Source: Paraspadella gotoi
Lineage: Eukaryota; Animalia; Chaetognatha
NCBI GenBank assembly: GCA_051294375.1
Contig: CM119269.1
Span: 1,003,367 to 1,067,366, forward strand
Length of the DNA stretch: 64,000 nucleotides
Reading direction: 5' to 3'
The position numbers were made by a program, and so were the translations under genes. Position 1 is the first letter of the stretch. Each line of letters opens with the position of its first letter. Below the pieces are notes generated by a model that saw nothing but the letters and a program-made list of their open reading frames with translations, was not told the DNA's origin and did not search any database. This document shows positions 51,980-64,000 of this stretch, one piece after another.

Positions 51980-54065
51980 CAACGATGACGACCGTAAGCA
52001 ATGACGACCTCAAAGAACGACGACGACCACGCGACGACGACGACACGACGACGACCGTAACGCATGACGATCTAAAAGACGACGACGAACCACGACGACG
52101 ACGACGAAACGACGACGACGACCCGTAAACGCATGACGACCTCAAAGAGACGACGACCAACGAACGGAACGACCAACGACGACGACGACGACGACGACGA
52201 ACGACCGAACGAACCCGAACGCATGACGACCTTCAAAGACGAACGACGACGACGAACGACCCGTAACGCATGACGACTCAAGACGACGACGACGACGACC
52301 ACGACGACGACGAAACGACCGACGAACGACGACGACGACGACCCCGTAACCGCATGACGACCTCAAAGACGACGAGACCAGAACAGACGACCACGACGAC
52401 GACGACGACGACGACGACCCGTAACGCATGGACGACCTAAAGACGTAACGACGACGACGAGACGAACCCGTAAACGCATGAAAAACGACCTCAAGACGAC
52501 GACGACGAAACGACGACGACCCGTAGCTGACGACCTCAAAGACGACGACCGACGACGACGACGAAACGACGACGACCCGTAACCATGACGACCTCCAAAG
52601 ACCGACGACGACGACGACGGACGACCCGTAACGCATGACGACCTCAAAGACGACGACGACGACGACGACGACGACGACCCCTAACGCATGACGACCATCA
52701 AAGACGACGACGAGACGACGACGACGACCCGTAACGCATGACGACCTCAAAAGACGACGAACGACGACACGACCGACCGCGACGACCGTAACGCATGACG
52801 ACCTCAAAGAAGAACGACGACGACGACGACGACAGACCGTAACGCATGAACGACCTAAAAGACGGCGACGACGGACGACGACGAACGACGCCGCGTACGC
52901 AATGACGACCCTCAAAGACGACGACGACGACGAGACGACGAAACCCGTAACGCATGAGACCTCAAAGAACGACGCGACGACGACGACGCGACCCGTAACG
53001 CATGACGACCTCAAAGACGACGACGAACGACGACGACGACGACCCGTAACGCATGAACGACCTCAAGACGACGACGACGACGACGACGAACGACGGACAC
53101 CGTAACGCATGACGAACCTAAGACGAGAGACGACGACGACAGAGACGACCGACCCGTCGCATGACTACCTCAAGGACGACGCGACCCGTAATGCATGACG
53201 ACCCTCAAGACGGACGACGACGACGAGATCGACGGACGAGACCCGTAACGCATTGACGATTCAAAGGAGACAGCGGACGCACTCGGACGACGACGACGAC
53301 GACCCGTAACCGCATGACGACCTCAAAGACGCAGCAGAGACGAGACGACCGTAACGCATGACGACCTCAAAGACGGACGACGACGAACGACGACGCCGTA
53401 ACGCAATGACGACCTCAAAGACGACGACGAGACGACGACGACGCACCCAGTAACGCATGACGACCTCAAGACGTGACTGACGACGACGACGACGACGACC
53501 CGTAACGAGCATGACGACCTCAAAAACGACGCGGGACGAGACGGACGACGACGACCCGTAAACGCATGAACGACCTCAAAACGACGAGACACGAACGACG
53601 ACGACGACGACGAACCCGTAAGCATGACGCCTAAGACGAGAACGACGACGGACGACGACGGACCGACGACCCGTAACGCATGACGACATCAAAAGAACGG
53701 ACGAGACGACACGACCCGTAACACATGACTGACTCAAAGACGACGACGACGCGACGAACGACGACGACGACCGCGTAACGCAATGACGACCCCTCAAAGA
53801 CGACGACGAACGACGACGACGAACGACCGTAACGCATGACGACTACAAAGACGACGACGACGACGACGAGGATGACGACGACACCGTAACGCATGAGTCA
53901 AAGACGACGACGACGAAACGACGTCGACGACGACCCCGTAACGCATGACGACCTCAAAGACGACGACGACCACGACGAGGACGGGAGCGACGACGACGAA
54001 AACGGACGACGGACGACGACGAACAACTACGGGGATTGACGAAGGACGCGTAACGCACTCAAGAA
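51980..54065 (+). repeat. Satellite array: constant CCGTAACGCATGACGACCTCAAA plus variable-length (GAC)n
   Basis: Roughly 40-50 noisy units of about 35-60 bp over 2.1 kb. Confidence 0.92.
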
Positions 54066-55053
54066 AAAACCGCGAGGCGAAAAACATCTAATCGAGTTTT
54101 AATATAAGATGGCAGGGCGGGGGAACGACGACAGACGACGACGACGAAGAGAGAACGAAGGCGAAGACAAAAAAAACGACCGAAGACACCACGAACGAAA
54201 CGAGAACGACGACGAAAAACGAACGGGACGACGGAAAAACGAACGGACGATGCACGACGAACGGAGGACGAAATGGACGAGCCCTTAAGTGATATTGTTC
54301 TCACACTAACGCAGCTGTATTAGGAGCGGCAGATATCGCGCGAGGGGAATGTTGCGGGTGCCGGAGCTTCCCTTCTCGCTTACCCGCCATAGTGATATGA
54401 GTCCAATATAAACTTTCAGGGACGCTATCGAGACGACGAACGAGACGACCGGACGCACGGTGGACGAGCGACGATAGACCAAATCGACGTGCGGATAGAA
54501 ATTAAAAATATAGTTTGGACACGACGACTTTGGCTGCTTTTATATAATTTTACATCATCAAGAGTCAGTTTTTCCAAGCTGTCATCATCAAGTGTCAGTT
54601 TTTCCAAGCTGTCATCATCAAGGTCTATAAGAGTTTTCTAAAATCGAAAGATGGCGCAATTTTTCTTGCGTCATAGTCGTCGTTGCGCTCGTAGTCGTCA
54701 TTGTCGTCGTCATATTCGTCGTCATTGTNNNNNNNNNNNNNNNNNNNNNNNNNNNNNNNNNNNNNNNNNNNNNNNNNNNNNNNNNNNNNNNNNNNNNNNN
54801 NNNNNNNNNNNNNNNNNNNNNNNNNNNNNNNNNNNNNNNNNNNNNNNNNNNNNNNNNNNNNNNNNNNNNNNNNNNNNNNNNNNNNNNNNNNNNNNNNNNN
54901 NNNNNNNNNNNNNNNNNNNNNNNNNNNNNNNNNNNNNNNNNNNNNNTCATTGTCGTCGTCATTGTCGTCGTCATTGTCGTCGTCATATTCGTCGTCATTG
55001 TCGTCGTCATTGTCGTCGTCATTGTCGTNNNNNNNNNNNNNNNNNNNNNNNNN

Positions 55054-55196
55054 ATGATGTAATTAATTGTTATCAAATTTACAATTTCGTCTTTTTTTGG
55101 GGTCAGAGTCACTCGTTTGGGAAAAAAATCAGATATCGACGGTCCGAAGTTGGATTGATTGAGAGATGGACCGATGCACTGACTGAGGGGGAGAGA

Positions 55197-55235
<39 letters not shown>

Positions 55236-57905
55236 AGAAGTGATAGGGAAACGAGGGCGCACAAACATAGACGTTTGCGGTTTAAACCTCCTTGAATCTG
55301 AGGAATTGGCTTTTTCTCCCCTTACCCTCCCACCTCGTCTCCGTGCCAGTGATTTTAGTTCTGAATCAATTTGTTGCAATTGCTTGCCCTCTTCGATGCA
55401 AAATTAATATTACCGTACGATCAATTCGAAAGAGGGGGTCGCACAAATATACTCCATTTTTAAATGTAGATCCCAAACATTCCGGGAAAAACTTCCTTCC
55501 GCACGAATCGATCATTAATTTATTTATTTTTTTTCCCCAGTCGTCCTGGCCCATATAATTTGAATTGTATATATTAAATATATTTTTTTTAATATTTTAA
55601 GAATTTTTTAAAAAATGATTTATATTTTATATTAACTTTTGAAGAAGGAAATTTAATCTGGCCAACTAAATTAAGAAAAGCACTATTTTAGCGTCGCTCG
55701 TGCGAGGTTAATTCAGATTCGTCAACAATTTTTCAAAACAAAAGAACTAAAGAAAATTCCAAATTTTCAATACGATTCTTTTTCATACTAGAAATGACGC
55801 TTTTAAAATTTTGTTGCTTAACGTTTTTAAAGGAGTTTTTTAAAATCCTTTGTTCCAGAAAATTTGATTTAAAAATTCTAATGAATTTGCTACATTATTG
55901 GCGTTTTTTTGGCGTGGTTGGTTCCATTCCCAGAGGAGGTATGAAGAAAAAACATTTAAAAAAAAAAAAATTTATCCCATGCTTAAGTAATAAATGTAAA
56001 TGATAACGTCGCCACATTTGACCTGCACTGTGTAGCACATGAAATAATAATTATTTTATAAACAAGAATGGTCCTTCCAATGCGTGTGGGGCCACAATTA
56101 TTATTTTTTGACTGAGTGATACCTTTTTTAACGTGAAGACAGCACCAACGTACAGACATACCGAACGACCGAAATTGACTTTATTTAGTTTATTGAGTTA
56201 TTGAAGTTGCTCGCGCGGCGCAACAAAAAGACCGTTTGAAAAGACAGGTTCATCTCTCGCTCGCCGCAACACAACGCATCCCTATGATTTTAATTCTTGT
56301 AATTTAAGTAATTTGTTTCGTACAGATTTTAGAGAAAATTCCATTTTTGCAAAACAAACGAAGAATGTCAAGAAAAAGCAACAAAAAACCCTCTGGCGCT
56401 TTGCTGTCAGGAAGTTTCATGTAAACATATAAAAACCTAAACCCTGAAAAAAAGATATTATCTAAATTTAAAAGTTTTCTCCTGATTATTACCAACATTA
56501 TTTACTTAGCGCTGGATTTAATCGAAAACGCTGCGCCGCCGACTGCCGATTTTTGCAAGGAGGCGGAAGTATGCGCGATTTATCATCGGAAACAGAATCG
56601 GAACGTCTCGCCTCTTTTCTTTGCAACGGTTCTTCGGAATGGCTGTTTCCTCGCTACCGCTACACATTTTGAAACGAAAGTTTTCCGCGCCCATTAACGT
56701 TTACGCAAGCGTTCGGTTGAAATTTTTTTGTTCCTATTTTGTCTTATATATGTTGAAATAAGATAGAATTTTATGAAAAAAGAAACATTAAGGACTTTAA
56801 TTGATACGGACGGCTCACCTCAGTAAAGGGGACTCGTACGGACTCCGGAGGGCTCGAACGTCGATCGTACAGCAGCTAACAACAGATTCCCGTACTATAA
56901 ATTCACTTTGTCGGTCCGTCGGTCATCCCCCAAAATCATGTCGGTAAGTCACTTATATCATCTCAGAATATCGAATTATAAAAAATTATGCTAAAGAAAT
57001 CGATGACGTCCGGCCGTACGTCCGTTCGTCTGTCTGCTCTCCCTCCGATCCGTTCCCCTTAGCTTTAAACGCCAATTAGTCCCGTCCGTCGCGTCGTCTG
57101 TCCCCCTGTCCGTCCGTCCCGTCCCCTAGATTTCAACGCCAAATAGTTCGTTACCGTCGTCCTTCCGTCGTCCGTCCGTTCGTCGCGTCTGTCCGTCTGT
57201 CCTCCTTACTTTGAACGCCAATTAAGTCCGTCCGTCGTCCGTTCCCAATTAATACTACTATATACTTCCTTACCAATGATTCGTCGTCCCGATCAAAAAA
57301 TTTCAACACGATTTGATGATGCGATTTAGATATAACGTTGATGAAAGAAAACGACTTAGAAAACGACAAGAAAACGACAAGAAAACGACAAGAAAACGAA
57401 CTTAAGAAAACGACAAGAAAAACGACAAAGAAAAACGACAAGAAATGACAAAGACAAAGACGAGATATGCGTGAATGTCAACTTGCAACAAGCGAACCGA
57501 CAGAGAAGAGATTGACGAAGTCTGAAAAGAGTCTGTCGAATTTTGGCGTCGCGAGCCTCGTTTTCGAACCGGAAGTGACGTCAACGATCGCGAAACAAAC
57601 ATTTTTTTTTTCGCGCGAAAGTGAAAATCGTCAAGGTGAAGGAAATTTTGGTGGGGAATTGGGTTACGTCGTTGTGGATAAGAGAGCGGGTGATAGTGAT
57701 AGTGATAGTGAACAGTCAACCCTTAATCAAAATGTGCATATACTTTGTCTATCGTTTTTCATTCCTACACAATTTTTTGTCCTGGTTTTTCTTCCTTCCA
57801 AGATTCAGGTTTGGTTTGAGGCGAGAAAAAAAAGGAAAAAATGGTCTTACACCGCTTGCTATTCTCGATAGACTCTTCCAAGAATAAATCCCTCTTTCTG
57901 AACCC

Positions 57906-57968
<63 letters not shown>

Positions 57969-58187
57969 CTCTCTCCCCTCTCTCCCATTCTTCTCTTCTC
58001 TCTCTCTCGCATTTTGGATCTTTCATTCCTTCTTCGCTTTTCTTTTCTCTTTTTTACTGCTCTTCTTTTCTCTGACTTCGTTCATGGAACATAAAAATAT
58101 TCAAAAGTGCTTCTACTGATCGCTCTCATCTTCTCTCTCTCTCTTCTCTTCTCTCTCTCTCTCATCTCTCTCTCTCTCTCTCTTCTC

Positions 58188-58218
<31 letters not shown>

Positions 58219-61174
58219 TCCCAAGCGCGAAGTCACAGGAAAAGCTTCACCTGAAATTTGCTTTCAGAAATGGAAAGAAGTTTGTGAAGCTAAAACCGGA
58301 AACAAAGAAAGAAAAGCGAGTCGAGGAAAAAAGGGATTCAGTGAATAGAAAATGAGGATTCTTTGAAATCGATCAGCGACGTCTGGGCGGAGTAGTGAAA
58401 AGAGGACGACGACTGCCGGGACGAAAACGACGTCGACCGACAATGGACGATGAATATCTACCTCTACCGAACTGACGCAATCTAAAATATTTATTGAAAG
58501 AGAATTGGTTTTTTTAATCGAATTATCTTTAGTAATTACAATTGTCGCCAAGAATGAATAAAAGAATTGAGAATCTATACCGTTTCAACGAAACAACAAA
58601 CAAACACAAAACAAAACGACGACGACCGACCACAAAAGACGACGAGAACCTTGGATGAGTTCATCTTCTCGGCGGAGCAGCGGCGAGCCATACTTCGGCA
58701 TAAGCGGCTCCATGGCGAACGCAGACGATGAGGAGCGGCCGCGGCGGCCGTGGACGAACGCAGTACTGATTTTAAAGCGGCGGCGCCGGAGCGCGCCGGG
58801 AGGCTTCGACAAGCGCCGAAAGGTCGTCGACGGGGTCCGAGTCGACGCGAAGTCATTAGTGATGATTCATTGAGCCAATTTCTGGTCCCGATTTAGTCAT
58901 GACCGGAACCCGCGAAGAGAAAGGGGGGGCGTGGCGGAGGAAGGGGAAGGTAAGGCGGGGTAAGGTCCTCTTTTTTTTTTTCCGCTTCGTCGAAGTCTTT
59001 TCGTTTGGTTTTTTTTCCCGGAGGAGAGCGGGTTGATCGGATGGTGTATTAGATTCCAGGAAAGGGATTTTGGAAGTTGGGCGAGTGATTTGTTTTTTTT
59101 TCTCTTGGTAAACGAATTGGATATTTATTTCTTTCTTGGGTTTCGTATGGGATCGACGGTTTCCTTTTGCTTTTGGTGGTTTTAGTCACTGACGGAGATT
59201 TCTGTTGTATTGGGGTGACAAACTTTTATTAATTTTACGGGTTCCGAAGTGATGAAGATAATTTTTCTTACAAGATCCAAATTTTTTGGCAAAAAGGTTT
59301 TTTTTTTTGTTGTCCCATTGTCCTGGCAATTTACATTACGGGAGAAAATAATCAGGATAAGCGATGGGAAGTCAATCCCAATGAGGATGGGAAGCCCAAA
59401 CGAGGATCAAAATTTTTAAGAAGAAGCCAAGTTTCAGAAAGCCGGATGGCAGATGGCAGATGGCAGATGGCTGATGGCAGATAGTTTCTGCCTCGGTAGC
59501 AGTCTATTTTCTTCAGTCTGAGTTTTCTTTTATTTTGGTTTTTTTGTTTTTTTGTTGATTCAGTTACTCGATTAACTCAATGTATTTATTTGTATTTTTA
59601 CGTAATACTGAATCTGAATTTCAGGATTTTTTTTTTATCATTAAATTAATGAATCTATCTTCGGTTGTTTCCAGGCTAAATTCTCTATGCCTCGTATTTT
59701 CTCTCTTCAATAGCCTTTCCGTTCCCCTTTCTCCTTCTCTTTCTCTCTCTCTCTCTCTCCTCTCTCTCTCTTCTCTCTCTCTCTCTCTCTCTCCTCCTCC
59801 TCGCCAAATTCTGACGCAACCGGCGCCAAAAATGACGCAGAGAAATTTTTAAAATTAAAATTCGGACAAAAGAATCGAGCGCGGATCTTTGCCCGCGAAC
59901 AGCCGTAAATTTCGAGCTTAGCCGAACGTTTTTGTGGAACGAGTCGGGCGATAAACCACCTCGCTGGTTACTATAGCAACCGATCTGTACGAGTTGAAGG
60001 AAATTCAAATGCTCAATTGAAGATGTTAAAGCTGAACTAAGATGCTGTCACGACTTAACGTAAATTTTTGTTGTTGTTTTGAACATCGACTTTTGAGGAA
60101 TTTGAATAATTTGATAATTTTCGGTAATATCAACGCCATTTTAGTATAATAATTGTTTCCTTTTTTTTGCCCTTTTCCATTATGAAAATATAATTATCTA
60201 TAAAAATAAGAACTTTTATTATGTTTATACGTATATATTAAGTTTCTTTCGTGAGTAAAAATAAACTGGTTATCTTAACCCGTCGGATTTCCCTTCAAGT
60301 TTTGACGTCTGATTGGCGGACGGGAATCGCGCGCCATCTGTCCGCGCGGATTCTAGGGATAAATAAACTATTAGAGGAAAAAAAGAGACGGTGGCACGCA
60401 GCGACGTGGAGGTGGTGGAGGGGAACGGGAAAGGGGAGAGAGAGAGAGAGAAGAGAAAGGAGAGAGAGAGAGAGAGAGAAGAGAGAGAGGAGAAGAGGAA
60501 GAAGAGAAGAGAGAGATAAAGAGAGAGAAAGAGAGAGATAAGAGAGAGAGAGAAGAGAGAGAGAGAGAGAAGAGAGGAGAGAGAGAGAGGAACAAAACCA
60601 GAGAGAGTCAGTTTTTCCCAAGCTGTCATCATGAAGATCAGTTTTCTTCCAAGCTGTCATCAATCAAGGTCTATTAAGAGTTTTCTAAGAATCGAAAAGA
60701 TGGCGCCAATTTTTCTTGCGTCATAGTCGTCGTTGCGCTCGGAAGTCGTCATTGTCGTCGTCATTGTCGTCGTCATTGTCGTTCGTCATTGTCGTCGTAT
60801 ATTCGTCGTCATTGTCGACGTCATTGTCGTCGTCAATATTCGTTGTCATTGTGTCGTCATTGTCGTCGTCATATTCTCGTCATTTTCGTCGTCATATTCG
60901 TCGTCAATTGTCGTCGTCATTGTCGTCGTCATTGTCGTAGAAATGTTCTCTCGTCGATTTTTTTCTCGTCGGAATAGTCGTCGTCATTAGCTTTCAACTT
61001 GGCTAAATTATTAATAATGTTTTGGCTCTGACGCCAGAAGCGTTTTCCTTAAATTATTTTTTTTTGAAAACAATAAAACTTGAGAATCCATTATTATAGT
61101 ATTATTATTATTATATCGTTTGGACGAGCTCATCGCCGCTCCACAATGGAGTCCACATGTCACTCTTTTTTTTT
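55054..61174 (+). repeat. Segmental direct duplication, copy 2 (probable assembly artefact)
   Basis: Bounded by N gaps on both sides; colinear with 45650-51730. Confidence 0.93.
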
Positions 61175-61498
61175 NNNNNNNNNNNNNNNNNNNNNNNNNN
61201 NNNNNNNNNNNNNNNNNNNNNNNNNNNNNNNNNNNNNNNNNNNNNNNNNNNNNNNNNNNNNNNNNNNNNNNNNNNNNNNNNNNNNNNNNNNNNNNNNNNN
61301 NNNNNNNNNNNNNNNNNNNNNNNNNNNNNNNNNNNNNNNNNNNNNNNNNNNNNNNNNNNNNNNNNNNNNNNNNNNNNNNNNNNNNNNNNNNNNNNNNNNN
61401 NNNNNNNNNNNNNNNNNNNNNNNNNNNNNNNNNNNNNNNNNNNNNNNNNNNNNNNNNNNNNNNNNNNNNNNNNNNNNNNNNNNNNNNNNNNNNNNNNN

Positions 61499-61532
<34 letters not shown>

Positions 61533-62117
61533 TGAAACATGACGCGGAGAAATATCGACTTTATGAAAAGAAAATGGATGAAGACGACGACTTCCTCCGC
61601 GAAATTAGGATTATGATTAAAGCGCCCTCTATTGGACTGAAGCGACCGTAATTGAAGTAGGAAACGTTAATTCTGAAAATGTCACGACGGATGACGGATG
61701 ACAAAAGACGCTGTCTCCCTGACAACGACGAGGACAGATTAGTTTTAATGTTGTTTAAAGAAATTGAGATGATGAGAACTTTGGGGTCGGGACGAGACGA
61801 AGATCGCAAAGACAAAAGATGGCGACGAACACGACGAAGACGCCAGCGTGTAATGCCTAATGGGCGTCCCCAGAGAAGGTTGCGACTCATTCCCTGAAAA
61901 AATTCTTTTTAACTCGANNNNNNNNNNNNNNNNNNNNNNNNNNNNNNNNNNNNNNNNNNNNNNNNNNNNNNNNNNNNNNNNNNNNNNNNNNNNNNNNNNN
62001 NNNNNNNNNNNNNNNNNNNNNNNNNNNNNNNNNNNNNNNNNNNNNNNNNNNNNNNNNNNNNNNNNNNNNNNNNNNNNNNNNNNNNNNNNNNNNNNNNNNN
62101 NNNNNNNNNNNNNNNNN

Positions 62118-62152
<35 letters not shown>

Positions 62153-64000
62153 GAAAGGTGATGGAGAGAAGTAAAAGTATTGTCGTTAAAATTCCTACTT
62201 TTTTAGCGACAACCGCTTTTCAGTTTAGATTTTTACGCACAAAATATTATTTCCTACACGAACTAAAATGCCCTGCGGCTTTTTAATTCAGCACCTTTCT
62301 TAGCCAACAGCACCCTTCTCAGCAAGCAGCACCCTTCTCAGCAAGNNNNNNNNNNNNNNNNNNNNNNNNNNNNNNNNNNNNNNNNNNNNNNNNNNNNNNN
62401 NNNNNNNNNNNNNNNNNNNNNNNNNNNNNNNNNNNNNNNNNNNNNNNNNNNNNNNNNNNNNNNNNNNNNNNNNNNNNNNNNNNNNNNNNNNNNNNNNNNN
62501 NNNNNNNNNNNNNNNNNNNNNNNNNNNNNNNNNNNNNNNNNNNNNNNNNNNNNNNNNNNNNNNNNNNNNNNNNNNNNNNNNNNNNNNNNNNNNNNNNNNN
62601 NNNNNNNNNNNCAGTAGAAGGCTTTATGACGGTCTTTTTTCCCCTTTCCTTTTTAATTTCTTTTACTTTTTTCTTTCATTTCTTTTTTCTTATTTTTCTT
62701 TTTTAATCTTATTTTAATTCCTTCCAAAAAACCTTTTTTTTTTAAATCTCCTTTCTCCTGTCTTCTAATCTATCATCATCATGATTTTCTTTACTCTTTT
62801 CTATCCTTTTCCTTTTACTTTCATTATGAAGACTTTCTAAACTCTTCTTCCTTTTCTCTCTTTTTATTTTCTTCCCGATGTCTTTCCTTTTTCCTCCCTT
62901 ATTTTTCCCATTTGAAAATTTGCTGAAAATCCACAATCGACTTTAATTATGCGAATCTTCGATAATCGTCTNNNNNNNNNNNNNNNNNNNNNNNNNNNNN
63001 NNNNNNNNNNNNNNNNNNNNNNNNNNNNNNNNNNNNNNNNNNNNNNNNNNNNNNNNNNNNNNNNNNNNNNNNNNNNNNNNNNNNNNNNNNNNNNNNNNNN
63101 NNNNNNNNNNNNNNNNNNNNNNNNNNNNNNNNNNNNNNNNNNNNNNNNNNNNNNNNNNNNNNNNNNNNNNNNNNNNNNNNNNNNNNNNNNNNNNNNNNNN
63201 NNNNNNNNNNNNNNNNNNNNNNNNNNNCCCCCCTTTTTGGTTTTAATTAATTCTGATTAAAAAAGAAAAGAAAAATCGTTGATGAACCAATTTTAAATGA
63301 AGTCTCGATCGAACCGCAGCTGACGCCATCAAAAATAGACAAAAAAATTAATTACTTTTCATTTAATTAATTTTTTTTCCTGAAAAGTTCGAAAACAAAT
63401 CTACTGATATTATTTAGATTTTGATTTTCTAAAACAATAAATAGTATAAATAAATAATAATAAATAATTGACTACATTTTTCTCGTTTACTTCAGGAAAG
63501 CAAGTATATATAGTGATCCTGCAGTCGCTGCCGAAATGAAATCGCCGAAAAAAAATGTTTTTTTATTATATTCACTTAATTTTCGAAAAACTCATTCGTC
63601 ATAATTGGAAGGAAGTAAAAAGTAAGGCCTGGTCGATAGCGCGCCCGAGGTGAGGTTTTCCGATAAAAAAAAAAACAAATGACTGCAAAATAGGAATTCG
63701 ACATCTTCGTTGTGTAGAATACTTTAGTTTATCCCTGAAATAAAACATGAAGCGACACCTGTGTTCGATACACGGAATCTTCTCGAATTCACGATTGTCA
63801 ACGAATTTCGCTTTCTTATTTCCTGAAAAGAAATTTTTCAGAGTTTTTAACCAAAAACTTCCGTAACGATTTTTCCAATTTGAGAAACTCGCTCCATGGA
63901 AATTGGCCCGAGTCATCAGCGAATTTCAGTTTCTTCCCAATCAAGATTTTACGGTCCTTAATCTCTCTCTCTTTCTCTCTTTCTCTCTCTCTCTCTCTCT

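Noticed and set aside
51980-54065. CRISPR-like repeat-spacer array
   Set aside because: Spacers are only (GAC)n, there are no cas genes, and the context is eukaryotic with spliceosomal introns.
54065-54560. Unique insert or gene fragment after the satellite
   Set aside because: Looks like decaying low-quality read sequence or a chimeric junction; no ORF or motif.

Overview
Eukaryotic, probably invertebrate-animal, genomic DNA from an error-rich, gap-filled assembly with many N runs, indel noise and abundant (AG)n, (GAC)n and (CAT)n microsatellites. Almost all ORFs in the supplied track are microsatellite or gap artefacts. The main real signal is a spliced minus-strand gene for an immunoglobulin-superfamily cell-surface protein. 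Six clean GT-AG exons of 90-137 nt (31784-31920, 30744-30833, 15598-15704, 15079-15180, 13659-13759, 12177-12279) join in phase into V/I-type, C2-type and atypical Ig domains. Noisier candidate exons lie downstream (possible FN3 and transmembrane) and upstream. Introns and flanks carry minimal type I hammerhead-ribozyme motifs of the Penelope-like-element kind, arranged as inverted repeats around AG tracts (4719-4968, 45399-45592, tail-only relic 29613-29717). They also carry Helentron/DINE-1-like non-autonomous elements, decayed Mutator-like, DIRS-like and Merlin-like coding relics, and many minisatellites. A ~6 kb direct duplication (45650-51730 vs 55054-61174) is probably an assembly artefact. 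No rRNA, tRNA or CRISPR array is supported. All homology calls come from reading motifs by eye and need database confirmation.
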